DNA of 62,501 nt, from IMG/VR virus record IMGVR_UViG_3300017992_000027, positions 1 through 62,501 of that record; one strand, 5' to 3'. The position numbers and the translations under genes were made by a program. The stretch comes from a virus. Lineage: Duplodnaviria; Caudoviricetes. Every line of letters starts with the position of its first letter. Position 1 is the first letter of the stretch. This document shows positions 16,319 through 25,950 of this stretch, piece after piece. The notes beneath the pieces were generated by a model. That model did not search any database. It saw only the letters and a list, made by a program, of their open reading frames with translations, and had not been told where the DNA came from.

Positions 16319-18376
16319 ATGCAAGAAAACACTACTGAGCCCTTACCTGTGTTTGAATTCTCAAGTGATTTAATGTCGGACTTCACGAACTATCTGAAGA
16401 AGACGAAAGACTTCGCGCACTTGAGTGATGCAGAGATTCGTCGACTGTTTGAGCAATACAGCACAGGCATGGAAGTTGACAAGTCGTTTACCCAACTCTA
16501 TGCAATCTTCATGGAACATAAATTTGAGTCAGAGAGTTTCAAAACCTTCATTCGTCAGGAGAGTATCGTGCTTACGCCTGACATCTTACCACTCATTGAA
16601 CCGAATACGGTTCTGAGACAATTGGAGGAGCACGGCAAACCTATATGGCAATTCGCTCATAGAGATGGTGGAATATCTTCTAACGACGATGGTGCTGCGC
16701 TCCTCCAATGTTCTACTGCACAAACATTCATCTTGAATATTCAAGAGAAATCAAAGCATCAACACAGAACGCATGCAGATTATCACTGCTTCGCATGCAA
16801 GCAAAATTACACGAAACGAGTGTCAGAATTAGAAAACGAGTATGGATTCAAAGAGCCATGTCCTAATTATAAGTCAGATGGTAAGACTAGATGCTCGGGG
16901 AAGAATAGACCAGTATCAGGGGGAGACGGGAGATTCGTCTCGTGTATTGCGGGAGATGCGTTTATCTTCATAGAAGATGAGTATGGCCACTTACAACAGA
17001 GACGAGTGTACTTCACAAGTTTCGATCTAGATATTAAAGAAGGTCCGCAATGGGTGACAGGAGTGATGACTACACCAGCAAATTCGAAAGAGCCTGTTGT
17101 GTATGTAATGGCAAGTGAAGAGATGGAGACGGCCGCGATTCCTGAATTGGTTCATGCAAAAACACTTCCGGAGGCGCGAGTTGCTGTAGAAGACTTCATC
17201 GCGAAGGAAGCGCATATCAAGTTTGATAACGCAAAGCTGATCATAGAACTTATGATCTTACAAGCAATCGCATACCACCTCTTCAATAATAAGCAGGTGA
17301 ACATGCTTCTGGTTGGACCACAAGATCTTGGAAAGACGTTCATCCCGACTTATATGGCTCCTGTATTATATCGTCCATTCATGTGGACGTCGTATGATTC
17401 TGTATCTGTGCCTGCTCTACGTGGTTCATCGATGAAAATGTACATCAACGGTAAAGAACAAACGATGAGAAGCGAAGGTCACCTCGCTGTTAAAAAATGC
17501 ATATTTATAGACGAGATCCTCAAGCAAGAAGGTGGCAGGGGAGGCGTCAAGACTAACAAATTACTCGAAGACTTCAAGCAATATCTTCTAGAAGACAATG
17601 TGACTAACAATAAAGTAGGAGGCAGCGGAAGCAGCCCGAAGAATGCAGTTGTTATTGGAGCAGGAAATTTCTCGACTCGACATCATAGAGATTATAAGAC
17701 GAAGATCAAGAAGAGATATGATACGATGATGGGCAGTCCGAATCTGCATGAGTTCGCAACGAAGCAGCAGTTCGATGAATCGTTAGATTACTTTGGTGAT
17801 TTAGAAGAGTACGCGGGAATCAATCCCTTCATGAAGAAAGCGGTGGAGGAAACGAGAATGAGCTACGGAGAAGAACACTGGATGTTTGGATTAAGCACTC
17901 CTGAGTTAAAGAGATTCCCGCTAAAGATCGTCGTCCGTCCAGTGATGGTAGATCCACGTCCAGCAGCAATCACATTATTCAACTCGCACAATGACGTTCC
18001 GAAGAAATCGTTTGAGATTGAACGAAAGCTGACAACACATTCCTTCGTTGAGTATGTGCAAAAGTTGCAGAAGCATACAATCGAAGATCCAGAGTTGATC
18101 AAGACGATCGAGTATGTAAATAGAACAGTAGCGAATAATCCGTCATCTGTCTACTCTGATGAGATTGATACGACGGCAACGAACATCATCTTTCTCATGA
18201 CGAAATCATTTATGTATGCAAACTACAAGTCAGTCTTGGATGACGAGACTAGATTATTCGTTAGGCAGTTGCTCACGCTTATGCGTAAAGCGGTGCTGCC
18301 GATCACTATCAACTATTCATTTGGAGAAATATGGCTCAAATCAAAAGTCACGCTTCCCAAGGAGGGAAAGGAATGA
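16319..18376 (+). CDS. mcm: Divergent MCM-like replicative helicase
   Basis: Zn finger (CFAC...C...C), Walker A GPQDLGKT, Walker B CIFIDE, sensor-1 AGNF, Arg finger ELKRF. Confidence 0.75.
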   Translation: MQENTTEPLPVFEFSSDLMSDFTNYLKKTKDFAHLSDAEIRRLFEQYSTGMEVDKSFTQLYAIFMEHKFESESFKTFIRQESIVLTPDILPLIEPNTVLRQLEEHGKPIWQFAHRDGGISSNDDGAALLQCSTAQTFILNIQEKSKHQHRTHADYHCFACKQNYTKRVSELENEYGFKEPCPNYKSDGKTRCSGKNRPVSGGDGRFVSCIAGDAFIFIEDEYGHLQQRRVYFTSFDLDIKEGPQWVTGVMTTPANSKEPVVYVMASEEMETAAIPELVHAKTLPEARVAVEDFIAKEAHIKFDNAKLIIELMILQAIAYHLFNNKQVNMLLVGPQDLGKTFIPTYMAPVLYRPFMWTSYDSVSVPALRGSSMKMYINGKEQTMRSEGHLAVKKCIFIDEILKQEGGRGGVKTNKLLEDFKQYLLEDNVTNNKVGGSGSSPKNAVVIGAGNFSTRHHRDYKTKIKKRYDTMMGSPNLHEFATKQQFDESLDYFGDLEEYAGINPFMKKAVEETRMSYGEEHWMFGLSTPELKRFPLKIVVRPVMVDPRPAAITLFNSHNDVPKKSFEIERKLTTHSFVEYVQKLQKHTIEDPELIKTIEYVNRTVANNPSSVYSDEIDTTATNIIFLMTKSFMYANYKSVLDDETRLFVRQLLTLMRKAVLPITINYSFGEIWLKSKVTLPKEGKE

Positions 18377-18720
18377 AAGGAAATTATTTGGTAAGTATAT
18401 GGGTTGAAGAACTCAGTAAGGAGCTTGGCCCACTTAACGAGATCAAGGATCTGAAATTTGTGAAAGACTCTGCGCTCTATACCTGCGATAGCTTTGAGTT
18501 CGTAGCAAACGGTATGATCAAATTCAACAATCTCATTGAAGAGAAGAAAGACGGTGGTACTTTTATTGAGAAGTGGGTACAAGCTTCTGCTGTAATTTTC
18601 ATCGTCGGACAGGGCGTACATAAGAATCAGAAGACGCTCTTCAAAGAAGCGCACAATGTATTGCTCTCAGAAGTATCAACCGCATCAATGTTAAACACAA
18701 GCACGGAGGGAACGCAATGA
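18373..18720 (+). CDS. Hypothetical protein
   Basis: ATGA overlap with the MCM stop; GGAGG RBS. Confidence 0.55.
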   Translation: MKGNYLVSIWVEELSKELGPLNEIKDLKFVKDSALYTCDSFEFVANGMIKFNNLIEEKKDGGTFIEKWVQASAVIFIVGQGVHKNQKTLFKEAHNVLLSEVSTASMLNTSTEGTQ

Positions 18721-18893
18721 GCTACGAGATTTTATTCAAAGACGAACCAGGTGTAGTCACGTACATCGTTGAGACGTTCGAGCTGACTGGTCAATTGATC
18801 AAGCTCAACAATGCAACAGATGTCAGTACAGACGAGAATGTTAAACGTATCTGGCTACCGCAAGCAGACGTACTACAGATCAAGGAAATATGA
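18717..18893 (+). CDS. Small hypothetical protein (58 aa)
   Basis: Not in the ORF track; MSYEILFKDEPGVVTY...QIKEI; ATGA overlaps at both ends. Confidence 0.6.
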   Translation: MSYEILFKDEPGVVTYIVETFELTGQLIKLNNATDVSTDENVKRIWLPQADVLQIKEI

Positions 18894-20344
18894 ACGACGT
18901 AACACCAACGTGGCTTTTCAATAACCTTTTCAGTAGAGAAGCAGGTGCAGTTGAGATCACGTTTAGAGATTTGGACTGGGAGCCGGTGAAGAAGATTGCG
19001 CAAGCCATATCTACTATCACTGGAAACGAAGTGAGTAGCTTCGGAAAGAGCATCTTCATAGAATTCGCTGAAGACTATGAATGCTTGATTCGCGTTATCG
19101 CACGCACAAGATTGAAGAGCAATGTCTACGTTGGTGTCAACCCAAGAAAAAAGATCTGGCTGCTTTCTAAATCAGGGAAGAGCTATCAAAGCTATCGTGG
19201 TACGAATAGTGCTGTCTCCGCGTTCAATTCAGTCTTTATAGATATTGATTGCGATAGGGAAGACGAGAAGAAAGCTGCTACAGACGATGAAATTGCTGCA
19301 GCTAAAGCAGTAGCTGATGATGTAGATAAAGTGATGGCAGAGGTCTTTGGATTACGATATCGAATCCGAGCGTTTTCTGGAAATGGATTTCAAGTGTTCT
19401 ATCCCTTGAATACAGTGGTGTTCTCCCCTGGTGTGCCATATGAAAAGCTCGGCGATGAAATCGTGTATACAGAGACAGAAGAGTTTGCACTATTCAAGAA
19501 TGTAGCAAAGTATGCTGTAGCTCCCGCGCTTCGTGGTGTAGCTCAAGGTAGAGCGAAGATTGATCGCACATGGGATTTACGAAGAGTAGGCAGGTTACCA
19601 TTCACAAGAAACTGGAAAGACCCGAGCGATCCGAGATGGTGTAAAGTTGTAGACGTGTGCACTGACCGCTCTGACGACGATGCATGGCTTAAGATGCTGC
19701 GTGTAGCAAAGACAGGCACTGAGTATAAATTACGAGGACGGAAGATCAATAAGAAAGTGTTGACTCTGAAGAGATGGAAGAAGCCGCAGGATATGTTGAA
19801 AGAACCACTTGTCCAGATCCTGTTACAAAAGCGTTTGCCTTCTGGATATCGAAATCATTATTTAGAGATGCAGCTAGCGATTCTACTACGCGATCATGAA
19901 TCAACGATCGATCCAAAGAATCTAGGCAGTATCTTAGCAGACATCTCTCGAATGCAAGGTAGACCATTTGCAGCAAGCACTGACTATCTACCGAAAGATG
20001 CTGTCTTCTCAGAAGCAGTTGTGAATAAGTGGTGCATGCTTGAGAGAGAACCAATGCTCTATGAGTGGGAGAAGCCATTAGATCAAGCGAAGCTTGCCGA
20101 GTGGAAGAAGCACGCGTATAAATCTGAGGTGGAAGAAAAGTATCTAGAGGTCTGTAAGAATATACTGAATCTAGAGAGCGCACCCACTCTTGACACAGAT
20201 GAGATCTTAGAGCGATTCAGGCACCCGCCGAAACCGACTGCTTTCTCTCCATTTGTCTTTGTATGCTTCGCTCGAAGCATTGTAGAGAAAGACGACTGGC
20301 CATACTGGAGAGATCATGTCTTTTGCAATTTGTATGCGGAATAA
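18890..20344 (+). CDS. Archaeo-eukaryotic-type primase (RepB-like) with C-terminal helical domain
   Basis: YVGVNPR, FIDID, FSGNGFQ and D..RVGRLPFT.NWK motifs; PriCT-like GYRN. Confidence 0.75.
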   Translation: MNDVTPTWLFNNLFSREAGAVEITFRDLDWEPVKKIAQAISTITGNEVSSFGKSIFIEFAEDYECLIRVIARTRLKSNVYVGVNPRKKIWLLSKSGKSYQSYRGTNSAVSAFNSVFIDIDCDREDEKKAATDDEIAAAKAVADDVDKVMAEVFGLRYRIRAFSGNGFQVFYPLNTVVFSPGVPYEKLGDEIVYTETEEFALFKNVAKYAVAPALRGVAQGRAKIDRTWDLRRVGRLPFTRNWKDPSDPRWCKVVDVCTDRSDDDAWLKMLRVAKTGTEYKLRGRKINKKVLTLKRWKKPQDMLKEPLVQILLQKRLPSGYRNHYLEMQLAILLRDHESTIDPKNLGSILADISRMQGRPFAASTDYLPKDAVFSEAVVNKWCMLEREPMLYEWEKPLDQAKLAEWKKHAYKSEVEEKYLEVCKNILNLESAPTLDTDEILERFRHPPKPTAFSPFVFVCFARSIVEKDDWPYWRDHVFCNLYAE

Positions 20345-20407
20345 TAGAAGAGAACATTTATATTATAGTATAAGGTTTAAAATTTACACAATTTGGGGTG
20401 TATCATA

Positions 20408-20662
20408 ATGACGGACATGAATAAGAAGCGAAAGAAGAATGGAGTCTTCATCGCTATGACTAAAGAAGAGAAGCAGCGACTAAGGCACGCCGCGGGTTAT
20501 GCAAAAGATCAAATTGAGCAGGGGAATGAAGAATACGCTCAATTTCGCTCGTACACGAAGATCGTGTCGATTGCACTCAATGATTTCTTTGAGAATAAGG
20601 GAAAGGAATTGTTAAAAGCGATTCCAGCCCCGGAGGAAAAAGCAAATGGAAGAAGCAAATAA
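20408..20662 (+). CDS. Ribbon-helix-helix regulator
   Basis: VFIAMTKEEKQRL...YTKIVSIALNDFF pattern. Confidence 0.55.
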   Translation: MTDMNKKRKKNGVFIAMTKEEKQRLRHAAGYAKDQIEQGNEEYAQFRSYTKIVSIALNDFFENKGKELLKAIPAPEEKANGRSK

Positions 20663-21299
20663 GCAAGAGCAGGCTCCGACGGAGAATGCAGAGCAGAAAG
20701 AGCAACAGCAAGCAGGAACCATCTTTGACGAGATGGAAGAGATCGAGGAGAAAGCAGCAACAACCACTGCTAAGCCAGAGGATGACGACGACGATGATGA
20801 CGGATATCAAGCATTGACTGCTGATATGTTTTCAGACGAAGCACCCGCTGATAAACCAAAGAGAGAGTCACTAGACGGCAAGACAGTGACGATCAAAGGA
20901 GTACGAGTTACACAAGCTCGAACTACAGATCGAGCAACTGGAAATCCTGTACCGCCGACTCAAAGCCAAAACAACCCAGCAGTCAAGTACTACAGAGGAA
21001 AGTTGGTCTTGGAATTTGATCACGAAGGTGACACATACATTGAGTATGTGCCTAACGTTAAGTTCTTCGTTGATGCAAATGGAACTGTAGCAAAAGTACC
21101 AAGAATTCCAAGAGCGGGGGAAAATGAAGTAGCAAAGCTATTTAGACTCTATGCTCAGAAGGTAAACAAAACACCTGAAGAAATCAGCGACCGTCAATTT
21201 CTTGAAGGACTTCAAGGATTGAAAGTTACGATCCGAACGAAAACTGGAAAGTTCTCTGGTCGAGATTGGATGAGAAACGACATCGTCAAGCTGGAATAA
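20646..21299 (+). CDS. Putative single-stranded DNA-binding protein
   Basis: Acidic N-terminus plus beta-rich OB-like core; sits in the replication operon. Confidence 0.45.
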   Translation: MEEANKQEQAPTENAEQKEQQQAGTIFDEMEEIEEKAATTTAKPEDDDDDDDGYQALTADMFSDEAPADKPKRESLDGKTVTIKGVRVTQARTTDRATGNPVPPTQSQNNPAVKYYRGKLVLEFDHEGDTYIEYVPNVKFFVDANGTVAKVPRIPRAGENEVAKLFRLYAQKVNKTPEEISDRQFLEGLQGLKVTIRTKTGKFSGRDWMRNDIVKLE

Positions 21300-21302
21300 G
21301 TT

Positions 21303-21322
21303 GGGCTTCGGCCCGCTTTTTT
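21303..21322 (+). terminator. UUCG-loop hairpin terminator
   Basis: GGGC-TTCG-GCCC followed by TTTTTT. Confidence 0.75.
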
Positions 21323-21330
21323 CTATTCCG

Positions 21331-21435
21331 ATGACGATCTACTGTATGTGCAGAGAACCTGAGAAGGAGATAGGTATGCGAATTTGCATGTGCTGCGGTA
21401 GACGTTTGAGAAAGGAGGAACAACGAAATGAATAA
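21331..21435 (+). CDS. Cys-rich microprotein (34 aa)
   Basis: MTIYCMCREPEKEIGMRICMCCGRRLRKEEQRNE; overlaps the next start. Confidence 0.45.
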   Translation: MTIYCMCREPEKEIGMRICMCCGRRLRKEEQRNE

Positions 21436-21952
21436 GACAATATTTGCATTTACAGTCTTCTGTGTACTACTTGCTTCTTCAGCAATGGCTGTGACAGTAG
21501 ACTGTGATGGTCCTGGTTGGTTTAACACCGACGTCTGTCAGGATCATGAACTCCAAGATGAGTTCGATGAGGTAACGGGAGAGATTGATGATTTGGATAA
21601 CGTCATCAATACGAACAAAGAGAAGTGGGAAAAAGATCTCGTTGGTGGCGGTGGTATGAGCTCAACAGGTATGTGGAGACATATCACAGGAGACGGTAGA
21701 CTAGAACGTGTGTACGAAACTGTGATTGACTACTTGCATACGATCTTCGCAACAAAAGCAGAAGTTGAAGCTACGAACGATCGCATCGATTTGATAGAAT
21801 GTAGAATGATTCACGGTATGGATTACACCAATGAAGAGCTACGCTTCTGTCAAGCACTAATGAAGTCAAAGAGATTGGATCAGCCTGTTGGTCTTGGACC
21901 ATGGACTTGCGATTATCGAACAGACAATTGCATACAGGTGATACCACAATAA
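21428..21952 (+). CDS. Secreted/exported protein
   Basis: Sec signal peptide (MNKTIFAFTVFCVLLASSAMA), paired cysteines, coiled coil. Confidence 0.65.
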   Translation: MNKTIFAFTVFCVLLASSAMAVTVDCDGPGWFNTDVCQDHELQDEFDEVTGEIDDLDNVINTNKEKWEKDLVGGGGMSSTGMWRHITGDGRLERVYETVIDYLHTIFATKAEVEATNDRIDLIECRMIHGMDYTNEELRFCQALMKSKRLDQPVGLGPWTCDYRTDNCIQVIPQ

Positions 21953-21955
21953 GGG

Positions 21956-21980
21956 GGGCTTCGGCCCATCTTTTTCTTTT
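21956..21980 (+). terminator. UUCG-loop hairpin terminator
   Basis: GGGC-TTCG-GCCC followed by a T-rich tract; 12-mer identical to the one at 21303. Confidence 0.75.
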
Positions 21981-21992
21981 CAGGGGAAGACA

Positions 21993-22349
21993 ATGGGAAC
22001 AGCAATAGCAAGTAAAGAAGAGATCATCGATTCATTCGAAGCCTGGCTCAAAAGCCAAGCACACTACGGAGACATCACAGCGGATACGATTGCTGATGTC
22101 TATAACGAGTTAAGCAAGAAGCATGAGTGGGAAGACTCGCTCGTACCGAAGCATGACTGGGATAAAGATTATGTACAATATAACAAACCTGACGCGAAGC
22201 TCGCCACAGTTGAAGAAATCCTCTGGGCGTTGTGGGGCGAAGCAGTGAATGCAGAAGTTCGCTTCAAAGACAAAGAGACGGGAGAATTCAGAACGGGAGA
22301 TCTCGTCATTATCAAAGGTCCGAATGAACTTGGAGCTCTGTTCGGATAA
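21993..22349 (+). CDS. Hypothetical protein
   Basis: 118-aa ORF coupled to the next gene. Confidence 0.55.
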   Translation: MGTAIASKEEIIDSFEAWLKSQAHYGDITADTIADVYNELSKKHEWEDSLVPKHDWDKDYVQYNKPDAKLATVEEILWALWGEAVNAEVRFKDKETGEFRTGDLVIIKGPNELGALFG

Positions 22350-24547
22350 TGCCTCGTTTGAGCTTCAATCAAGAGAAGCAGTGGTCTGAGTGCCGCAGAA
22401 GATGGTTCTACCGAAAGGTCGCAAAGCTACCAGACAGTGGTGATAAGAGTTATGCTGTAGCAGGTAGCGCAGTACACGATGCACTTGAAGTATACTATAC
22501 ACTTAAACACAAACGCGTAGGCACATACGCTGAATGGGAAGCGGCGGCACTCGCTAAATTCCACGAGACATGGAAGAAAGATCCACCTCGTCTTGGTAAC
22601 CAAGAATACATTGCAATGATGTATGCTGGAATGAAAGCGCGAGATGCGTTTGGAAATGAACTAGATCTCACAAGCTGTGAGCTACAAATATTCTTCTCAG
22701 ACTTCCTCGGCTTCTTGGACGGGTATGATTCTTTCTATGAAGAAGACGGGCGGAAAGGTCTGATCATTGATTGGAAGACGAGTAAGCTCGGGCGGAAGGA
22801 TTATGAGTATACCCAACAACTCATATCCTACGCTTGGCTTCATTACCGTAAATTCGGTTACTTACCTGCTCGCTGCACTGTCTATTACCTAAGAGATATG
22901 AGTAAGCCTCTTACTATTGTACCGACGATGGATCAGATTCGAAAGTACGAAGAGCAAGTGAAGACGAGCTCTGCACAGATTGACCACCTCATTCAATTCT
23001 CAGACGATCCAAGTAAGTTCCAAAGAGTAAGCATGACGCAAGACGCGCAGGTTTGCTTCTGGTGTCCGTACAAAGCGGAGTGCGCGAAGGCTGATTCCAA
23101 TTATTCATTCACAATCAAGATCGTTGGAGACAAGATCAAGATCCTTGGTAAGCTACCTGAGAAGTTAGATCGTATGCTCGACATGAAGATGAGCTATAAG
23201 TTGAAGGATGCGTATTGGGTTGCTAAACGAGTAATGGCTAAGACGGGTAGACGGTACGATGGAGTTGTACACCTGTGGAAAAAGAACGCTTGTCCTATAG
23301 GGTATAAGGCCAAATTGTACTACATACTTTCCCAGTGGGCCCAGCATTTAGATAAGAAGCTTTCACTTACAGTTCACGACACACGCACTCCCCTTAAGCA
23401 GTTACCTTTCTTCCCTGAGAAGATTGAAGGCTTCACATTGTACGAGCATCAACAAGAAGCTGTAGATGCAGCGCTCCGTGGTAAGCTCTGCACGATACAA
23501 GTTCCGACTGGTGGTGGTAAGACGTTGATCTGTGCTGAGATCATGAGACGTCTCGGTGGTAAAGCACTATTCGTAATTGACAACAAAGATCTGCTCTGGC
23601 AGACAAAGGAAGAGTATGAGAATCTACTTGGATTTGAATGTGGAATTGTTGGAGCAGGAAGCAAAGAGAATGATTGGGATAAACCAATTGTATGCGCTAC
23701 AGTTCAGGCGCTCACACGTAACTTAGCTGAGTACAAAGATGAGCTTGCTAAATTTCATGTGCTTATTGCAGATGAGGTATCGAACTGGGGCGCGAAGTCC
23801 TACAAGCTACTCAGTGCAAGATTGCTCAATACACATTATAGGATTGGTTGCAGTGGTACTGTCTATAGAGATGATGGAAACACTGAATTGATCTTTGCAT
23901 ATGTTGGAGATCTTGCGTATAAAGTTACAACAAAAGAACTTCAAGATAAGGGACTACTCATGGAACCACAGACTATATTCTTACAGTATGAGGCTAATGC
24001 AGCTAAGCTTCAGAGTGAGTACGAAGAGTATAAGGAAGCGTATGAGGAGCTAGTTGTAGATCACTTAGAGCGTAATGAAGCTGTCCTTGGCGCGGCGTAT
24101 AAGGCCGTAGACAGCGGCAAGAAGATTCTTCTGGTGAGCCGTAGGGTGAAACATTGTAGGTTATTTCATGAGGCCTTAGAAAGCAAATATGGAGCCGCTG
24201 CACTTATCTACGGGAAGACGTCGGATGAAGATCGTGAATCAAGGCTAGCTGATTTCAAGAGTGGTAAGATCAAGATACTCGTTGGGAACATATCGATTTT
24301 TGCTAAGGGGATCAATGTTCCCGACCTTGATGTAATCATCAATGCTGCAGGAAATAAAGGAGACGTCGTTACAATGCAAAGTATTGGCCGAGTCATGAGA
24401 GTCGCTCCAGGTAAGAAGCAGCCGATCTATCTTGACTTTGATGATAAGGGTTCGTTTGCAATCAAGCACGCTCATGCTAGAAAGAAAGCTTTATCTGCTC
24501 ACGGATATCGAGTAGACGTCGAGAAACTCGATGACTGGAAATTATAG
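22349..24547 (+). CDS. Cas4/AddB-like PD-(D/E)XK nuclease fused to an SF2 (XPB/UvsW-like) helicase
   Basis: N-term: ECRRRWFY, GSAVH, GFLD, IIDWKT, QL.SY, CFWCPYKAEC (Fe-S ligands); C-term: PTGGGKT, DEV, SGT, KGINVP, QSIGRVMR. Confidence 0.85.
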   Translation: MPRLSFNQEKQWSECRRRWFYRKVAKLPDSGDKSYAVAGSAVHDALEVYYTLKHKRVGTYAEWEAAALAKFHETWKKDPPRLGNQEYIAMMYAGMKARDAFGNELDLTSCELQIFFSDFLGFLDGYDSFYEEDGRKGLIIDWKTSKLGRKDYEYTQQLISYAWLHYRKFGYLPARCTVYYLRDMSKPLTIVPTMDQIRKYEEQVKTSSAQIDHLIQFSDDPSKFQRVSMTQDAQVCFWCPYKAECAKADSNYSFTIKIVGDKIKILGKLPEKLDRMLDMKMSYKLKDAYWVAKRVMAKTGRRYDGVVHLWKKNACPIGYKAKLYYILSQWAQHLDKKLSLTVHDTRTPLKQLPFFPEKIEGFTLYEHQQEAVDAALRGKLCTIQVPTGGGKTLICAEIMRRLGGKALFVIDNKDLLWQTKEEYENLLGFECGIVGAGSKENDWDKPIVCATVQALTRNLAEYKDELAKFHVLIADEVSNWGAKSYKLLSARLLNTHYRIGCSGTVYRDDGNTELIFAYVGDLAYKVTTKELQDKGLLMEPQTIFLQYEANAAKLQSEYEEYKEAYEELVVDHLERNEAVLGAAYKAVDSGKKILLVSRRVKHCRLFHEALESKYGAAALIYGKTSDEDRESRLADFKSGKIKILVGNISIFAKGINVPDLDVIINAAGNKGDVVTMQSIGRVMRVAPGKKQPIYLDFDDKGSFAIKHAHARKKALSAHGYRVDVEKLDDWKL

Positions 24548-24585
24548 AGAGAAAGAATTATATACATCTAGAGGTAAGTACTAAT

Positions 24586-24912
24586 ATGGGACAAATCAAA
24601 GAGAACACACCACTACTCGAACGACAGCACGCGATTATTCGCACTCTGGAGAATACAGAGATGAGTGAACTTGATCGCGCTAGACTCGAGGAAGAGAAGG
24701 AACAACTTGAAACGAGGATCCAAGAAAATGTCTTCCAACACATCAAAGAGAAGACACCTGAGATCCGGGTTGAACGACCGAGTACAATTGGCAAGAACAA
24801 GAACGAAGTGAAGAAGCTGTTCGCAGATTGGATGGATGAGGTGTTCAAAGACCTCGACCAGAATACGAGGAAGGGCATCTACCGTGCAGCTTACAAGAGG
24901 TTAAAGGGGTAA
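24586..24912 (+). CDS. Hypothetical protein
   Basis: Own TTATATA promoter about 25 nt upstream. Confidence 0.55.
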   Translation: MGQIKENTPLLERQHAIIRTLENTEMSELDRARLEEEKEQLETRIQENVFQHIKEKTPEIRVERPSTIGKNKNEVKKLFADWMDEVFKDLDQNTRKGIYRAAYKRLKG

Positions 24913-24917
24913 ACACA

Positions 24918-25950
24918 ATGACATGCAATACATTTCATGAACTGAAAGGAAGGAAGAGCGAGAAGATCAAGCAGCTATTGAATCGCAAGCTTCAAGAACA
25001 GAAAGAGCTTGAGCTGAAACAGAAAGCGAAAGACGGGATCTTTGACAATGTGATACTGTGTGTGAAAGAAGCACAAGAGAAACTCGGAGTAGCGAAGAGT
25101 AAACGAGATGCTCTACTCCGTAAGCACAATGCAGAGTGTGACTCTTGGGGTGCTGAATGTACAAAGGTACATGGAACTAAACTCTCTCTCAAAAAGGATT
25201 GCTTCGTTCCAGACTCAGTTCACGAAAAGCTACAGAAGGCGGACGATCTCTTTGCACTTGGAAAGACAAAGGAAGCGCAAGCAATCTGGAACTCAGTCAT
25301 AGAAAAGTACGAGTTGTTAGAATGATCAAGCCTTATCTTCGGAGAACGTTTGAGCATACAACCTTAGGATTACGCTGGAAAGATGGCTTCTTTACCCTCG
25401 GGTTTCGGTATGAAAATAGATCTGTGTGCTTAGTAACTGTGCTGAAGAAAGGAAACTGTACGACTACAAGAACGAAAGCGTTAAATCCGTTCAAGCGATT
25501 GTGGTGGGCGTGGTTACGTAAGAGAACCGAGCTCTCAATCAAATGGAACGGAGCAGAGCACATGCGATGTCAAGGCTGTGGTGAAGGAATAATTAAATAT
25601 TCCATTAAGGATCCTAACTATAAGGAAAGCCAAAGAGGAAAGCAGCGATGGCTTGTCTGTGAACATTGCGTTGACTTCTATGACTGGCACTGGAGTAAGC
25701 GCGAGGTTAAACTATCATGATGCTCAATGACGATAAATTGGAAGACAGAATAGACCCGACAACATGTTCACACAAACCTGGAAGCGTATATCGGTGGGAA
25801 GATCCGGTGATGGCTAAAGAGATTGCAATGCAGCTCGGAATTCCAGGTGAAGAAATTTACGGAGCTCACTGTAGAGTTTGCCGCACAGACTATGTGTTGG
25901 TAGTCAAGGATGGCGGACTACATCCAGCTTCGGAGATCAAGAATGACTGA
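24918..25950 (+). other. Three hypothetical genes (coiled coil; CxxC Zn-binding; small Zn-binding)
   Basis: ORFs 24918-25325, about 25322-25720 and 25717-25950, with ATGA overlaps. Confidence 0.5.

Noticed and set aside
22349-23100. Cas4 as a sign of a CRISPR system
   Set aside because: No repeat-spacer array or other cas genes were seen; the domain is fused to a helicase in the replication operon.
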